64,000 bases of DNA from Minisyncoccia bacterium (GTDB lineage: Bacteria > Patescibacteriota > Minisyncoccia > Phycocordibacterales > CAIZLB01): contig JBGSHK010000012.1 in the NCBI GenBank assembly GCA_041752275.1, positions 18,346 through 82,345 of the forward strand. Reading direction: 5' to 3'. Of the stretch, positions 21,824 to 31,271 are shown piece by piece. The notes under the pieces were generated by a model that was given only the letters and a program-made list of their open reading frames with translations, was not told the origin of the DNA and made no database searches. Both the position numbers and the translations under genes were made by a program. The stretch's first letter is position 1. Each line of letters begins with the position of its first letter.

Positions 21824-23605
21824 ATGTTCACAATGCAAATAAGAAACTTCAGTATTATAGCCCATATAGACCATGGTAAATCAACACTTGCTGATCGTAT
21901 GCTTGAGCTTACTCAAACTGTGGAAAAGAGAAAGATGGTAAATCAGGTACTAGATGACATGGAGCTAGAAAAAGAAAAAGGTATCACTATAAAGATGCGT
22001 CCTGTTCGTATGGAATACAAAGGTTATGTTTTGAACTTGATTGATACACCAGGACACATAGATTTTTCATATGAAGTATCACGTGCACTTAAAGCTGTAG
22101 AAGGGTGTTTACTTTTAGTTGATGCAACTCAAGGTGTACAAGCACAAACACTTACAACTTTGAACGCTGCCAAGGAGGCAGGGCTAGTTATTATTCCAGT
22201 ATTATCAAAATCAGATTCACCTCTGGCCCGTATTGCTGATATAAAAAAAGAAGTATCTATTCTTTTAGGATGTGACGAAAGTAGTATACTTGAAAGTTCT
22301 GGAAAAACTGGGGCCGGTGTGAAAGAATTGTTGGACGCAATTATAGAAATTATTCCACCGTCAAAATCTGAATCTGAGACTAAAGATCCAAGAGGTTTGA
22401 TTTTCGATTTTCAATATTCAAATCACAAAGGTGTTATTGTCTTTATTCGTGTTATGGATGGAGAGATTAGGAAAGGTGATGAACTCGTATTTGCTCAAGC
22501 TGATGAAAAGTTTTTTGTACTAGAGGTTGGAATATTTGCACCTGAAGAGCGACCAGTCGACGTACTTACTGCAGGGTGTATTGGATATATTGTAACTGGT
22601 ATCAAACGCTCAGGTATTGCAACTGTTGGAGACACTATAACAGGGTTTAGACGACCTTTACCTGCTCTTCCTGGGTATATGAAGCCCGCACCTGTGGTAT
22701 GGGCATCTATTTTCCCTGAGGATGCAGATGATTTTGAGTTGTTAAAACAGTCACTTGGTAAGTTGTCTTTATCTGACTCGTCGTATTCTTATGAAGAGGA
22801 ATCTTCAGGAACTATGGGTAGGGGGTTCAGATGTGGTTTTTTAGGACTTTTACACTTAGAAATTATTACAGAAAGATTGAAAAGAGAATACAATCTATCA
22901 CTTATCATAGCGAGCCCAAGTATTACATATGAGGTAATTTTAAAAAATGGGGAAGTGAAAATGGTTTATTCACCATCGCTATTTCCAGAACATGGATTTT
23001 ATACAAAAGTTCGTGAACCTTGGATTATGGTAAAGATTATTTCACCATCAAAATATTCTGGAAATATTTATCAACTTTTATATGATCATGAAGGGGATTT
23101 GATAGAAACTGAAAACTTCGGAGACGATAGATTGTCACTTACTATATTGATGCCTTTGCGAGAGTTGATGAGAAACTTTTTTGACGAATTGAAAAGTGTA
23201 ACTTCAGGTTACGGTTCTTTGTCATATGAGTTTTTTGAAATGAAAGATGCAGATGTGACAAGGATGGATGTTCTGGTTGCTGAAGAGGTGATTGAGGCAT
23301 TTACAAGAGTTGTGGCACAAAGAAGATTGGATGAAGAAGCAACAAAGTCTGTTGAAAAACTAGAAGGTGTTTTACCTAAACAAATGTTCACCACAAAGAT
23401 ACAGGCAAAGGCTAATGGAAGGATAATAGCATCTCGTACTTTATCAGCTATGAGAAAAGATGTTACCGGGTATTTGTACGGTGGAGATATAACTCGAAAA
23501 ATGAAGCTTTTAGATAAACAAAAGAAAGGAAAGAAGAAAATGGCGGAAAGGGGGAAGGTGTCTATCTCGCATGAAGTTTTTTTGAAAATGATGAAGAATG
23601 GGTAA
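21824..23605 (+). CDS. lepA: elongation factor 4 (LepA)
   Basis: NFSIIAHIDHGKSTLADRML, DTPGHIDF, about 600 aa with the LepA C-terminal domain. Confidence 0.95.
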   Translation: MFTMQIRNFSIIAHIDHGKSTLADRMLELTQTVEKRKMVNQVLDDMELEKEKGITIKMRPVRMEYKGYVLNLIDTPGHIDFSYEVSRALKAVEGCLLLVDATQGVQAQTLTTLNAAKEAGLVIIPVLSKSDSPLARIADIKKEVSILLGCDESSILESSGKTGAGVKELLDAIIEIIPPSKSESETKDPRGLIFDFQYSNHKGVIVFIRVMDGEIRKGDELVFAQADEKFFVLEVGIFAPEERPVDVLTAGCIGYIVTGIKRSGIATVGDTITGFRRPLPALPGYMKPAPVVWASIFPEDADDFELLKQSLGKLSLSDSSYSYEEESSGTMGRGFRCGFLGLLHLEIITERLKREYNLSLIIASPSITYEVILKNGEVKMVYSPSLFPEHGFYTKVREPWIMVKIISPSKYSGNIYQLLYDHEGDLIETENFGDDRLSLTILMPLRELMRNFFDELKSVTSGYGSLSYEFFEMKDADVTRMDVLVAEEVIEAFTRVVAQRRLDEEATKSVEKLEGVLPKQMFTTKIQAKANGRIIASRTLSAMRKDVTGYLYGGDITRKMKLLDKQKKGKKKMAERGKVSISHEVFLKMMKNG

Positions 23606-23708
23606 TTGTTGACACCAGAGTTTTAGAGGTATATAAATTAAGAGTAAAAGCACTTTGTCAAAATGACTGAGGGCTTTTATATCAAAACTACACACCCTTA
23701 TTACTACA

Positions 23709-24014
23709 ATGGCTACATGTTCACCAGGTAATCAGTTTCCACCACCTATCAACTTGGTATTTTTAAAAAACCCATCACCTTGTTTACTCAAAGTGTTAGG
23801 TAAAACAAAAGAAGACTGTTCTCCTGACCTATTTGGTAGAGACATTCAATGGTTAGAGCTTCCTGCCCTTCCTGACGGTATCGAAATCTACTACGGACTA
23901 GAAGAAACTTATTTTGTTGGGGAAATAGAAGATGAAGATCCTTCTGTTGAAGTTCCAGCTATACCGGAGAAACATTTGTCTCCAAAAGCACCTTTGTCGA
24001 AAGCTATAGCATAA
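23709..24014 (+). CDS. hypothetical acidic protein
   Basis: 101-aa ORF preceded by a TTGACA-N17-TATAAA promoter at 23609-23637. A terminator follows. Confidence 0.3.
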   Translation: MATCSPGNQFPPPINLVFLKNPSPCLLKVLGKTKEDCSPDLFGRDIQWLELPALPDGIEIYYGLEETYFVGEIEDEDPSVEVPAIPEKHLSPKAPLSKAIA

Positions 24015-24038
24015 GCTTGGCTACTAAAACTATTCTAC

Positions 24039-24078
24039 ACCCTGGGTGCTATATAATATGCACCCAGGGTTGTTTTTT
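24039..24078 (+). terminator. rho-independent terminator
   Basis: 11-bp stem ACCCTGGGTGC/GCACCCAGGGT, then TGTTTTTT. Confidence 0.7.
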
Positions 24079-24272
24079 ATAAAGAAAATACACTGACTTA
24101 GATATGCCAATTCATTGTATTAATGTTTTTTATATAAATAGTCTATACAAACAACATAGCTATATATGACCCCAACATAGCTATGATTATCAATGCTACA
24201 ACAATGCCCCATATAAAATTAAGTTTTTGACGATGCTTTGGATTTAGAAACATGATATAAATATAGCAGTAA

Positions 24273-24593
24273 ATGAGAGAATTTCAAGCTAAAAAAAAAG
24301 AACAAGCAACTTTCAATAGGATTTTAAATTCTAAATGGTTTTTATTAATATTATGTTTAATACTTATTCTTTTAATAAAAGGTAATATAAGAATTTTTCA
24401 AAATTATTTTTATGTTAAAAAAGAATATAAAAAAGATTTGAAATCTTATCAAGATTTAAAAAATAGAGAAATAGAAATAACTAAAGATTTAGAAAGAATA
24501 AATACAGATTCCGGTTTAGATTACGAGATACGTAAAAAACTTGACGTTTCAAAAGAAGATGAGAAAATAATAAAAATAATAGATAATAGATAA
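24273..24593 (+). CDS. septum-formation initiator FtsB/DivIC-like
   Basis: TM helix, coiled coil, and a C-terminal DYEIRKKLDVSKEDEKIIKI that resembles the FtsB tail. Confidence 0.4.
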   Translation: MREFQAKKKEQATFNRILNSKWFLLILCLILILLIKGNIRIFQNYFYVKKEYKKDLKSYQDLKNREIEITKDLERINTDSGLDYEIRKKLDVSKEDEKIIKIIDNR

Positions 24594-24614
24594 ATACATG
24601 ATATAATCACAGGT

Positions 24615-24875
24615 ATGGAAACAAACACAAATGAACAAAAAAATAAAATAATAATTTACAGTACTGAAAATTGTAAATTTTGCCACATGTTAAAAGATTA
24701 TTTAACAGAAAAAGGTTTTACATATGAAAGCATAGATATAGGTAAAGACTTTGCTCAGGCTGACATAGCAAAACAAAAAAGTGGTCAACTTGGAGTTCCT
24801 GTTAGTGATATAGATGGACATATAGTTGTTGGATATGATTTGGAAGCTATAGATAGTTTATTAAATATAAAATAA
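24615..24875 (+). CDS. glutaredoxin/NrdH-like redoxin
   Basis: CKFC active site in a thioredoxin-fold context. 86 aa. Confidence 0.7.
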   Translation: METNTNEQKNKIIIYSTENCKFCHMLKDYLTEKGFTYESIDIGKDFAQADIAKQKSGQLGVPVSDIDGHIVVGYDLEAIDSLLNIK

Positions 24876-24889
24876 TTAAATATAATAAA

Positions 24890-25420
24890 ATGGAAGAAAC
24901 AAAACATAACAAAAAAATAACTTATATAATGATAATAGTTGCTATAGCTTTATTTGGCTATATTGCATATGCTGTTATAGAAAATAATAAAAATAAAGAT
25001 AAAAATATGGAAAATACAGACACAACAATGACAACTGAATCAAAAATATCAGAATCTGGTGATATTATAGTTATAAACTATTCAGGAAAATTAGAAAATG
25101 GAACAGAGTTTGATTCATCATATAAAAGAGGTCAACCACTTGTATTTCAAGTTGGTGTAGGAGAGGTTATACCTGGATGGGATGAAGGTCTTATTGGTGT
25201 AAAAAAAGGAGATAAAAAAACTTTAAATATACCTGCTGAAAAAGGATATGGTGATCAAGAGATAAAAAACCCACAAACAGGAGAAGTTATAATACCTAAA
25301 AACTCTACACTTATATTCGATGTAGAAGTTGTTGAAGTTATAGCTAAAGCAGATGCGGAGCGTATGGTTGCTGAGCAACAAGCTATGCAAGCAGCACAGG
25401 GAACAAGTACTGCTCAATAG
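24890..25420 (+). CDS. FKBP-type peptidyl-prolyl cis-trans isomerase (membrane anchored)
   Basis: FKBP core YSGKLENGTEFDSSYKRGQPLVFQVGVGEVIPGWDEGL. Confidence 0.85.
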   Translation: MEETKHNKKITYIMIIVAIALFGYIAYAVIENNKNKDKNMENTDTTMTTESKISESGDIIVINYSGKLENGTEFDSSYKRGQPLVFQVGVGEVIPGWDEGLIGVKKGDKKTLNIPAEKGYGDQEIKNPQTGEVIIPKNSTLIFDVEVVEVIAKADAERMVAEQQAMQAAQGTSTAQ

Positions 25421-25446
25421 TCCTTATACTGGCTTTATTGTCAGTT

Positions 25447-25521
25447 GCCATTATAGTTCAATGGATAGAACAGTCCCGTCCTAAGGGGTAGATGTGGGTT
25501 CGATTCCTGCTAGTGGCACCA
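25447..25521 (+). tRNA. tRNA-Arg(CCU)
   Basis: Cloverleaf folded by hand. 7-bp acceptor, D-loop AATGGATA, anticodon loop GUCCUAA, T-loop TTCGATT, encoded CCA. Several G-U pairs make it less certain. Confidence 0.55.
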
Positions 25522-25565
25522 CAAGGGCACTTCTATTTTGATAAATCAAAATATGTCGCACAATG

Positions 25566-25596
25566 AAAAAACATATCGCAAGATATGTTTTTTTTG
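25566..25596 (+). terminator. rho-independent terminator
   Basis: Stem AAAAAACATATC/GATATGTTTTTT with a GCAA tetraloop. Confidence 0.55.
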
Positions 25597-25685
25597 TGTC
25601 TGCTAAGCAAGCTGACAGTTTGGCTTGCGGGCTGGAATCTAAATATTTACACTTAAATATAATTAATATATAATATTATTTATAT

Positions 25686-26159
25686 ATGAAAAAACTACAC
25701 CCAAATTCTGTATGGATATTTTTCACCAAAGGTTTTGTTGGATTTATGTTTGGAATTATTTTTATACTTGCCTCTACCGGCGGTATGATGGGTTATTTAG
25801 TAAATGAAAACACATCTTTGTTTTACTTACTATTAACTGCTATATTAACTTCTACTGTTTTTGCTTTTATATATGCTCAGTTAAGCTATGAAAATTATGA
25901 ATATAAAATTGATGATGATGGTTTTAAAAAAGAATCAGGAATCATTTGGAAAAATTATGTAACAATTCCTTATAATAAGATACAAAATGTAGATATTTTT
26001 AGAGGTATTGTTGCTCGAAGTGTTGGTGTTTCTGAATTACGTATACACACAGCAGGTTATTCTGATGATAGAAGATCAGAAGGTGTACTTCCTGGAATTT
26101 CAATTGAAGAAGCTAATTATTTGAGAGATGAGCTTGTTAAAAAAATGAAAGGGGTGTAG
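25686..26159 (+). CDS. bacterial PH-domain (YdbS/DUF304-like) membrane protein
   Basis: Two N-terminal TM helices, then YKIDDDGFKKESGIIWKNYVTIPYNKIQNVDI, typical of bPH_2. Confidence 0.55.
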   Translation: MKKLHPNSVWIFFTKGFVGFMFGIIFILASTGGMMGYLVNENTSLFYLLLTAILTSTVFAFIYAQLSYENYEYKIDDDGFKKESGIIWKNYVTIPYNKIQNVDIFRGIVARSVGVSELRIHTAGYSDDRRSEGVLPGISIEEANYLRDELVKKMKGV

Positions 26160-26240
26160 TAATTTTTGTAGAACATAAATTGTTAATTAATATTCATTAA
26201 ATTTGTTTCTAGAATTTTATTAATATGCTAACATAACCCC

Positions 26241-27101
26241 ATGCATAAAGACCTAGAATACACCCTCATAGACACAGGAGACAAACGTAAACTTGAATCA
26301 TACAACGGCTACACCATGGACCGTCCTGATCCTCAAGCTCTATGGCCTAAAAAACTCACTAAAGAATGGGACAAACCCGATGCTATTTTCATTGAGGATA
26401 AAAGTGGAAAAAGGGAGGAAAGAGGAATATGGAAAACAAATAAAGATTTACCTGAAGATTTTTCAATAAATTTTTTCAAAGATTTAAGATGTTCTGTAAA
26501 GTTAAATCCATTTAAGCACACTGGTATATTTCCAGAGCAATATGATAACTGGAAATTTATCGACGAAACTATTTCACAATCTAAAAATAAAAACATAAAA
26601 GTCCTAAACCTTTTTGGCTACACAGGCTGTGCTTCACTTGTTGCAGCAAACGCTGGAGCAGAGGTAACTCATGTTGATGCGTCAAAACCATCTATTGGTG
26701 CAGGTATGAAAAACGCAGAACTATCTGGACTTAAAGATAAACCTATCAGATGGATACTTGATGATGCTTTTGCTTTTGTAAAAAAAGAGTTGAGACGTGG
26801 AAACGTATATCAAGGTATTATCATGGATCCACCAGCCTTTGGTAGAGGCTCTGCAGGGCAGGTATGGAAGTTGGAAGAGCAGTTTGTGGACTTTGTACAA
26901 GAGACTGCAAAGTTACTGTCAGACGATGCAATGTTTTTCATTGTAAACGGTTATGCTAGCGGATATTCGCACATTGCCTATAAGCAAAATCTAGATGCTA
27001 TTTTTAGTAAAGGAAAGGTTGAGAGTAAGGAGTTGACTCTAGAAGACTCTACTGGAAAATTATTGCCTTGCGGTATTGTTGCTAGATGGAAGAGTAAATA
27101 A
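26241..27101 (+). CDS. class I SAM-dependent methyltransferase (RlmI/RlmK-like rRNA MTase)
   Basis: LNLFGYTGCASL motif I and IIMDPPAFGRG catalytic DPPxF motif. Confidence 0.7.
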   Translation: MHKDLEYTLIDTGDKRKLESYNGYTMDRPDPQALWPKKLTKEWDKPDAIFIEDKSGKREERGIWKTNKDLPEDFSINFFKDLRCSVKLNPFKHTGIFPEQYDNWKFIDETISQSKNKNIKVLNLFGYTGCASLVAANAGAEVTHVDASKPSIGAGMKNAELSGLKDKPIRWILDDAFAFVKKELRRGNVYQGIIMDPPAFGRGSAGQVWKLEEQFVDFVQETAKLLSDDAMFFIVNGYASGYSHIAYKQNLDAIFSKGKVESKELTLEDSTGKLLPCGIVARWKSK

Positions 27102-28020
27102 TTTTTTCTATATCTTTTTCAAAACCCTCACCCTTAGTATCAAACCAAACTATTTTATCCTTCAACTCTTTATTGTTTTTAAACCAAGTCTTTTGTCGTT
27201 TTGCATAATGAATGATTGCAAAATATAGTTTTTCTTTAAACTCGTCCATACTCAATATACCTGTCAAATAGTCCGATATAAACTTGTATTCAAGACCAAG
27301 TTTTTGTAGGCGTTCATGGGTAATTTTATTTTCTTTTAAAAGATTTTCTACTTCTTGCATCATCCCTTGATCTAACCTTTTATCTATTCTCGTCTGTATT
27401 CTTTTTTGTAATATTTCATAGTCTGTGTTTAGTCCGATAATTATATTTTCATATTTATTATTGATTTTTATTTCTGGAATATGTCCGAGCTCTGTGATTA
27501 TTTCTATAGCTCTAATAACTCGTCTTTTATTTTTTATATCTATCTTTGAAATATCAGCATTGTTCTTATTGGCGAGATTTTTTAATTCATTTTGTAAATT
27601 TTCTAAACTCTCAAGCTCTAACTTTTCTCGAAGCTCTGGATTTTGTTTAGCACCTGCACCTGCAGTTTCAAAAAGTAAGGCATTTATATATTGTCCTGTA
27701 CCACCGCATATTATTGGAATTATGTTTTTTGATAACAATTCCTCGATAACTTTGTTTGCATCTTCTGTATATTGAAAAACTGAGTAGTTTTGATCTGGGT
27801 TTATGATGTCGAACATGTGATGAGGTACACCTTTCATTTCCTCTTTTGTGATCTTTCCTGTACCTAAGTCTAGGTGTTTATATATTTGTCTTGAGTCGGC
27901 GGATATTATTTCGGAGTTTAGATTATGTTCTTTTTTTAGATATAGAGAAATAGATACAGCTAGGTCTGATTTGCCGATGGCTGTTGGTCCGAGTATGGTG
28001 ATGATTTTGGGTTTAGACAT
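27082..28020 (-). CDS. miaA: tRNA dimethylallyltransferase
   Basis: ILGPTAIGKSDLAV P-loop, ISADSRQIYK, DLGTGKIT. Confidence 0.9.
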   Translation of the reverse strand: MSKPKIITILGPTAIGKSDLAVSISLYLKKEHNLNSEIISADSRQIYKHLDLGTGKITKEEMKGVPHHMFDIINPDQNYSVFQYTEDANKVIEELLSKNIIPIICGGTGQYINALLFETAGAGAKQNPELREKLELESLENLQNELKNLANKNNADISKIDIKNKRRVIRAIEIITELGHIPEIKINNKYENIIIGLNTDYEILQKRIQTRIDKRLDQGMMQEVENLLKENKITHERLQKLGLEYKFISDYLTGILSMDEFKEKLYFAIIHYAKRQKTWFKNNKELKDKIVWFDTKGEGFEKDIEKIIYSSI

Positions 28021-28175
28021 GTGATTAATTATATACTAAGGACTTGAAGCTTACAGCTTCAGTACAGGTTTTCCATTTTCTCACATTTCTCACAGCAAGG
28101 CTGCTCGAAAATATGGAAGAACCTTTTCAATTCCTCAAGAAACTGCCGTCAGGCAGTTTCTTCCCATCACTAGAA

Positions 28176-28199
28176 AACCCCTAATGGGGTTTTCTTTGG
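28176..28199 (-). terminator. hairpin downstream of tRNA-Leu
   Basis: AAAACCCC-TAAT-GGGGTTTT directly 3' of the tRNA on the minus strand. A second 11-bp hairpin lies at 28138-28163. Confidence 0.4.
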
Positions 28200-28206
28200 T
28201 GCTGGG

Positions 28207-28291
28207 AGAGGGACTTGAACCCTCACTAGGTTGCCCTGCACGATTTTGAGTCGTGTGCGTCTACCATTCCGCCATCCCAGCCTATGTGTTA
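28207..28291 (-). tRNA. tRNA-Leu(CAA), class II with long variable arm
   Basis: Reverse complement folds perfectly. Acceptor GCTGGGA/TCCCAGC, anticodon stem CACGA/TCGTG, loop CUCAAAA, T-arm GAGGGTTCAAGTCCCTC, CCA encoded. Confidence 0.85.
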
Positions 28292-28302
28292 TACTATAAT
28301 AC

Positions 28303-28941
28303 ATGAAAAAAATGATAATAACAATAACATTATTCGTCCTTGTAGTCTTAGCTGTTCTTCTGTATAGAAACATGTCAGATAGTACTTTTAAAGATGTTGC
28401 CAACGAAACTAACACAGCTGTTATAGTTAAAAGTTTTTTAGATAAAATGATACCTCATCATCAAGAAGCGGTTGATTCATCTCTAAAAGTTATGAATGAT
28501 TTAGATATAACAGAAGCTAAAGTTAGAATATTTGCAGCAAATGTTGTAGATACTCAATCTTTTGAAATATCAAAAATGGAAAATATATACACAGAGTATT
28601 TAGGTCAATCATATGCTCAAACTATAACTATGGATGTAGACACTAAAGATGGTTCTACAACAGAGTATCACGCTATGATGAATGATATGTCAGCTCTTGT
28701 TGGTGACGAGTTGGCCAAAGTTTATGCAAAAGATATGATAAAGCATCATGAAGGTGCTGTTCGGATGGCGGAAGATTATATAGAAGTTATAGATAAAGTT
28801 AATAAATCAAATTCGACAAAATCTGAAGGTTTAGTTATAACAAACACTCATCCTTCTATAGATGCAACATATGAGCTTGCAAAACAAATCATAGATACAC
28901 AAACAAAAGAGATTGAACTTTTAAAGACTTGGTATAAATAA
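28303..28941 (+). CDS. DUF305 family protein (second paralog)
   Basis: MIPHHQEAV and MIKHHEGAV repeat motifs. N-terminal TM. Confidence 0.7.
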   Translation: MKKMIITITLFVLVVLAVLLYRNMSDSTFKDVANETNTAVIVKSFLDKMIPHHQEAVDSSLKVMNDLDITEAKVRIFAANVVDTQSFEISKMENIYTEYLGQSYAQTITMDVDTKDGSTTEYHAMMNDMSALVGDELAKVYAKDMIKHHEGAVRMAEDYIEVIDKVNKSNSTKSEGLVITNTHPSIDATYELAKQIIDTQTKEIELLKTWYK

Positions 28942-29037
28942 AAGTATAAGTTTTTAAATATTTGGTTAAGATTAAGCAAAATAACTTTATTTGACAAAAT
29001 CTTTTACATATAATGTAATCCATGCTATACTCTTTGT

Positions 29038-29361
29038 ATGAAAACAGATAGACCAACTACTATATATAAAACAATATGTGATACATGTCACCAGGCTTGT
29101 GAAGTGCCTTTTAAACCAAACGGTAAAAAGCCGGTGTTTTGTGATGCTTGTTTTAAAAACATGAGAGAGCCTATAGTTGAATCAACTTATGTAAGAAGAA
29201 AAGATAAGACAGTTTTTGATACACCTGATAACTTTGTGGCACCAAGTGGGCTTTCACAGAGTGTGGATACAAATGCGACTATTATGCAATTAAAAAGGGA
29301 ATTGGCTTCTGCAAATGCCAAGCTGGATAAGCTTATTGATATGTTTAGTAAGTTGAAGTAG
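29038..29361 (+). CDS. hypothetical zinc-ribbon protein
   Basis: CDTCHQAC...CDACF Cys4 arrangement. Coiled-coil C-terminal part. Confidence 0.4.
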   Translation: MKTDRPTTIYKTICDTCHQACEVPFKPNGKKPVFCDACFKNMREPIVESTYVRRKDKTVFDTPDNFVAPSGLSQSVDTNATIMQLKRELASANAKLDKLIDMFSKLK

Positions 29362-29413
29362 AGGGTGTGACCCATATAGTGTTTCGCGCTGTGTGTAATG
29401 GTATAATATTAAT

Positions 29414-29782
29414 ATGAAAACAGCGACTCGACTTGATCCACTTTTGTGGGAATCATGTAAAAAAGAAGCATTGCACAAAATGGGAAAGTTTTCAGCGCGT
29501 GCAATGCAATATGCAGTTACATTATATAAAAAACAAGGTGGTAAATATTCTGGCATAAAAAGTCCTAAGAATAGTCTTACTCTTTGGGTCAAAGAAGATT
29601 GGGGATATGTAGGTGAAGAAAAACATAGTAGATATTTACCAAAGAAAGCTAAAGAAAGTTTAACTCGTGGAGAAAAAATAGCTACAGATAGAGCAAAAAA
29701 TGCAGGAACGCTTGCTCATAAACAATGGGTACCTCAACCAAAAAATATTGCAAAGAAGACGGCGAAGTTCAGGTTGAAGTAA
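29414..29782 (+). CDS. hypothetical basic protein
   Basis: 122-aa lysine-rich ORF. No motif recognised. Confidence 0.4.
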   Translation: MKTATRLDPLLWESCKKEALHKMGKFSARAMQYAVTLYKKQGGKYSGIKSPKNSLTLWVKEDWGYVGEEKHSRYLPKKAKESLTRGEKIATDRAKNAGTLAHKQWVPQPKNIAKKTAKFRLK

Positions 29783-29847
29783 TAATTAAAAGCTTTTCGA
29801 CTCTCCGTCGCAAGCAAAACTATTTGCTTGCTTGAAATCACCTACAG

Positions 29848-29878
29848 AAAAAGCTTCACTATTTAAGTGAAGCTTTTT
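29848..29878. terminator. bidirectional terminator
   Basis: 12-bp stem AAAAAGCTTCAC/GTGAAGCTTTTT between convergent genes. Confidence 0.65.
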
Positions 29879-29984
29879 CTTACCATGAGCCTTCTCGAGA
29901 TAGAACCCAGCGGTTCCTTACGGTGTAATGTTATTTATAATGATTTTAATATATCATAACGACCTTTCTCGAGCGATATTGGAT

Positions 29985-31271
29985 TTAAATCTTTTTTCTG
30001 CGTTTCTTTATATTATTCCTATCCCTAACCACACCTAATACTTGTTTGTCTATAGCTTGATTATTAATTATTTCCAGCGTTTTCTTAAAATAATTGTTTC
30101 TATTTTTTGTTTTCTTAACTATATCTTTTTTAGGACTCCTCCTAATTGGTTTTATGTTATTCAAAATCTGTTTTCTTGTCTTATTCATTTGCTTACGTTT
30201 CAATTTTTGAATCGTATTTTTTCTCAATAAGATATTTTTCCCATTGAATTCAAATCCAAGGTAGTCTACGTAATTACGGCTTTTTTGTTTATCTAATCCG
30301 TCCGTAACTTTTTCACATATTAAGCCCTCATTTATTTTTTTGAAGTACGATATATAGGATTTACTAGCGTTAATTTCTAGCCTAGATTCATTAATCTTAC
30401 TATTAATAAATAGCGATAAAGCATCTTTCTGGTCGGATCTACAAATGAAAACCAAATCATCACTGTATCTTCTGTAGAAAATATCAGGAAAGAAAGATTT
30501 CATAGCTAGATCAAAATCTATCATATACATATTTGCCAACAAACCACTTATTGGGCTGCCTTGTGGAATACCTATATTTTTTTTATTTTCATAAAGAATA
30601 CCTTTTAAACTATTATAAATTGCATACTTATTGTTCTTTGTCTTTCCTTTTATTTTTTTATCTATAAAATCTGAATATTCGATGTATCTATAGGCAGTCA
30701 GTGACCTAAATACTTTATAAAAAGATTCATCCAACTTTTCGATGTTGCAGATTGTACAAATCATCTTTTTAAGAATAGAGTGGTTTAAATTATCAAAAAA
30801 ACCAGTTATATCTTGGGTTATAATAATACACTCTGATTGAGTTTGTATATAGTCAAAGACTTCTTTTGCAAAGTGAATATTACTTTTGCCTTTGCTTGTG
30901 TCATGAAGTTTAATTTTCCTATACGCTGTTACATTGCTACTTATGTTTAAATCCTCAATGTATTTTTCATATTTTATCTGAAGAATATAGTTATAATAAC
31001 TGTAGATGTGCGCATCGAGATGAGATGCATACATTATTGGCCTTAATTTGGTTGATCGGCGTGTCTCACCATCTTTATCTTTACGAAAACGAATCTGAAT
31101 ATCCTCTCTTTTTATAAATGGTAAAAATTGATGATTTTTCATATCTTCTATGACATGAACCACTCTCTTAAATGTTTCGTCAATACCCAAATCCAAAGCA
31201 TCATCAATGTGCTGATATGTCCTCAGCTTCTTTTCTGGCTTTATTTGGTTTTTCCATTCTTGGTATGTCAT
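29985..31271 (-). CDS. reverse transcriptase (group II intron-like / retron- or defence-type, no endonuclease domain)
   Basis: RT motifs KLRPIMYASHLDAHI (1), ITQDITGFFDNLNH (2), GIPQGSPISGLLANMYM (3/4), YRRYSDDLVF (YxDD) and YLGFEF (7). Basic C-terminal tail with a possible degenerate NRNNYF maturase remnant. Confidence 0.85.
   Translation of the reverse strand: MTYQEWKNQIKPEKKLRTYQHIDDALDLGIDETFKRVVHVIEDMKNHQFLPFIKREDIQIRFRKDKDGETRRSTKLRPIMYASHLDAHIYSYYNYILQIKYEKYIEDLNISSNVTAYRKIKLHDTSKGKSNIHFAKEVFDYIQTQSECIIITQDITGFFDNLNHSILKKMICTICNIEKLDESFYKVFRSLTAYRYIEYSDFIDKKIKGKTKNNKYAIYNSLKGILYENKKNIGIPQGSPISGLLANMYMIDFDLAMKSFFPDIFYRRYSDDLVFICRSDQKDALSLFINSKINESRLEINASKSYISYFKKINEGLICEKVTDGLDKQKSRNYVDYLGFEFNGKNILLRKNTIQKLKRKQMNKTRKQILNNIKPIRRSPKKDIVKKTKNRNNYFKKTLEIINNQAIDKQVLGVVRDRNNIKKRRKKI

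Noticed and set aside
28170-28415. 81-aa minus-strand ORF
   Set aside because: It overlaps the tRNA-Leu gene and its terminator hairpins entirely, so it is spurious.
29985-31271. Diversity-generating retroelement RT
   Set aside because: The motif is the standard QGxxxSP (IPQGSPISG), not the DGR-specific SQ variant. No template or variable repeat pair was noticed.
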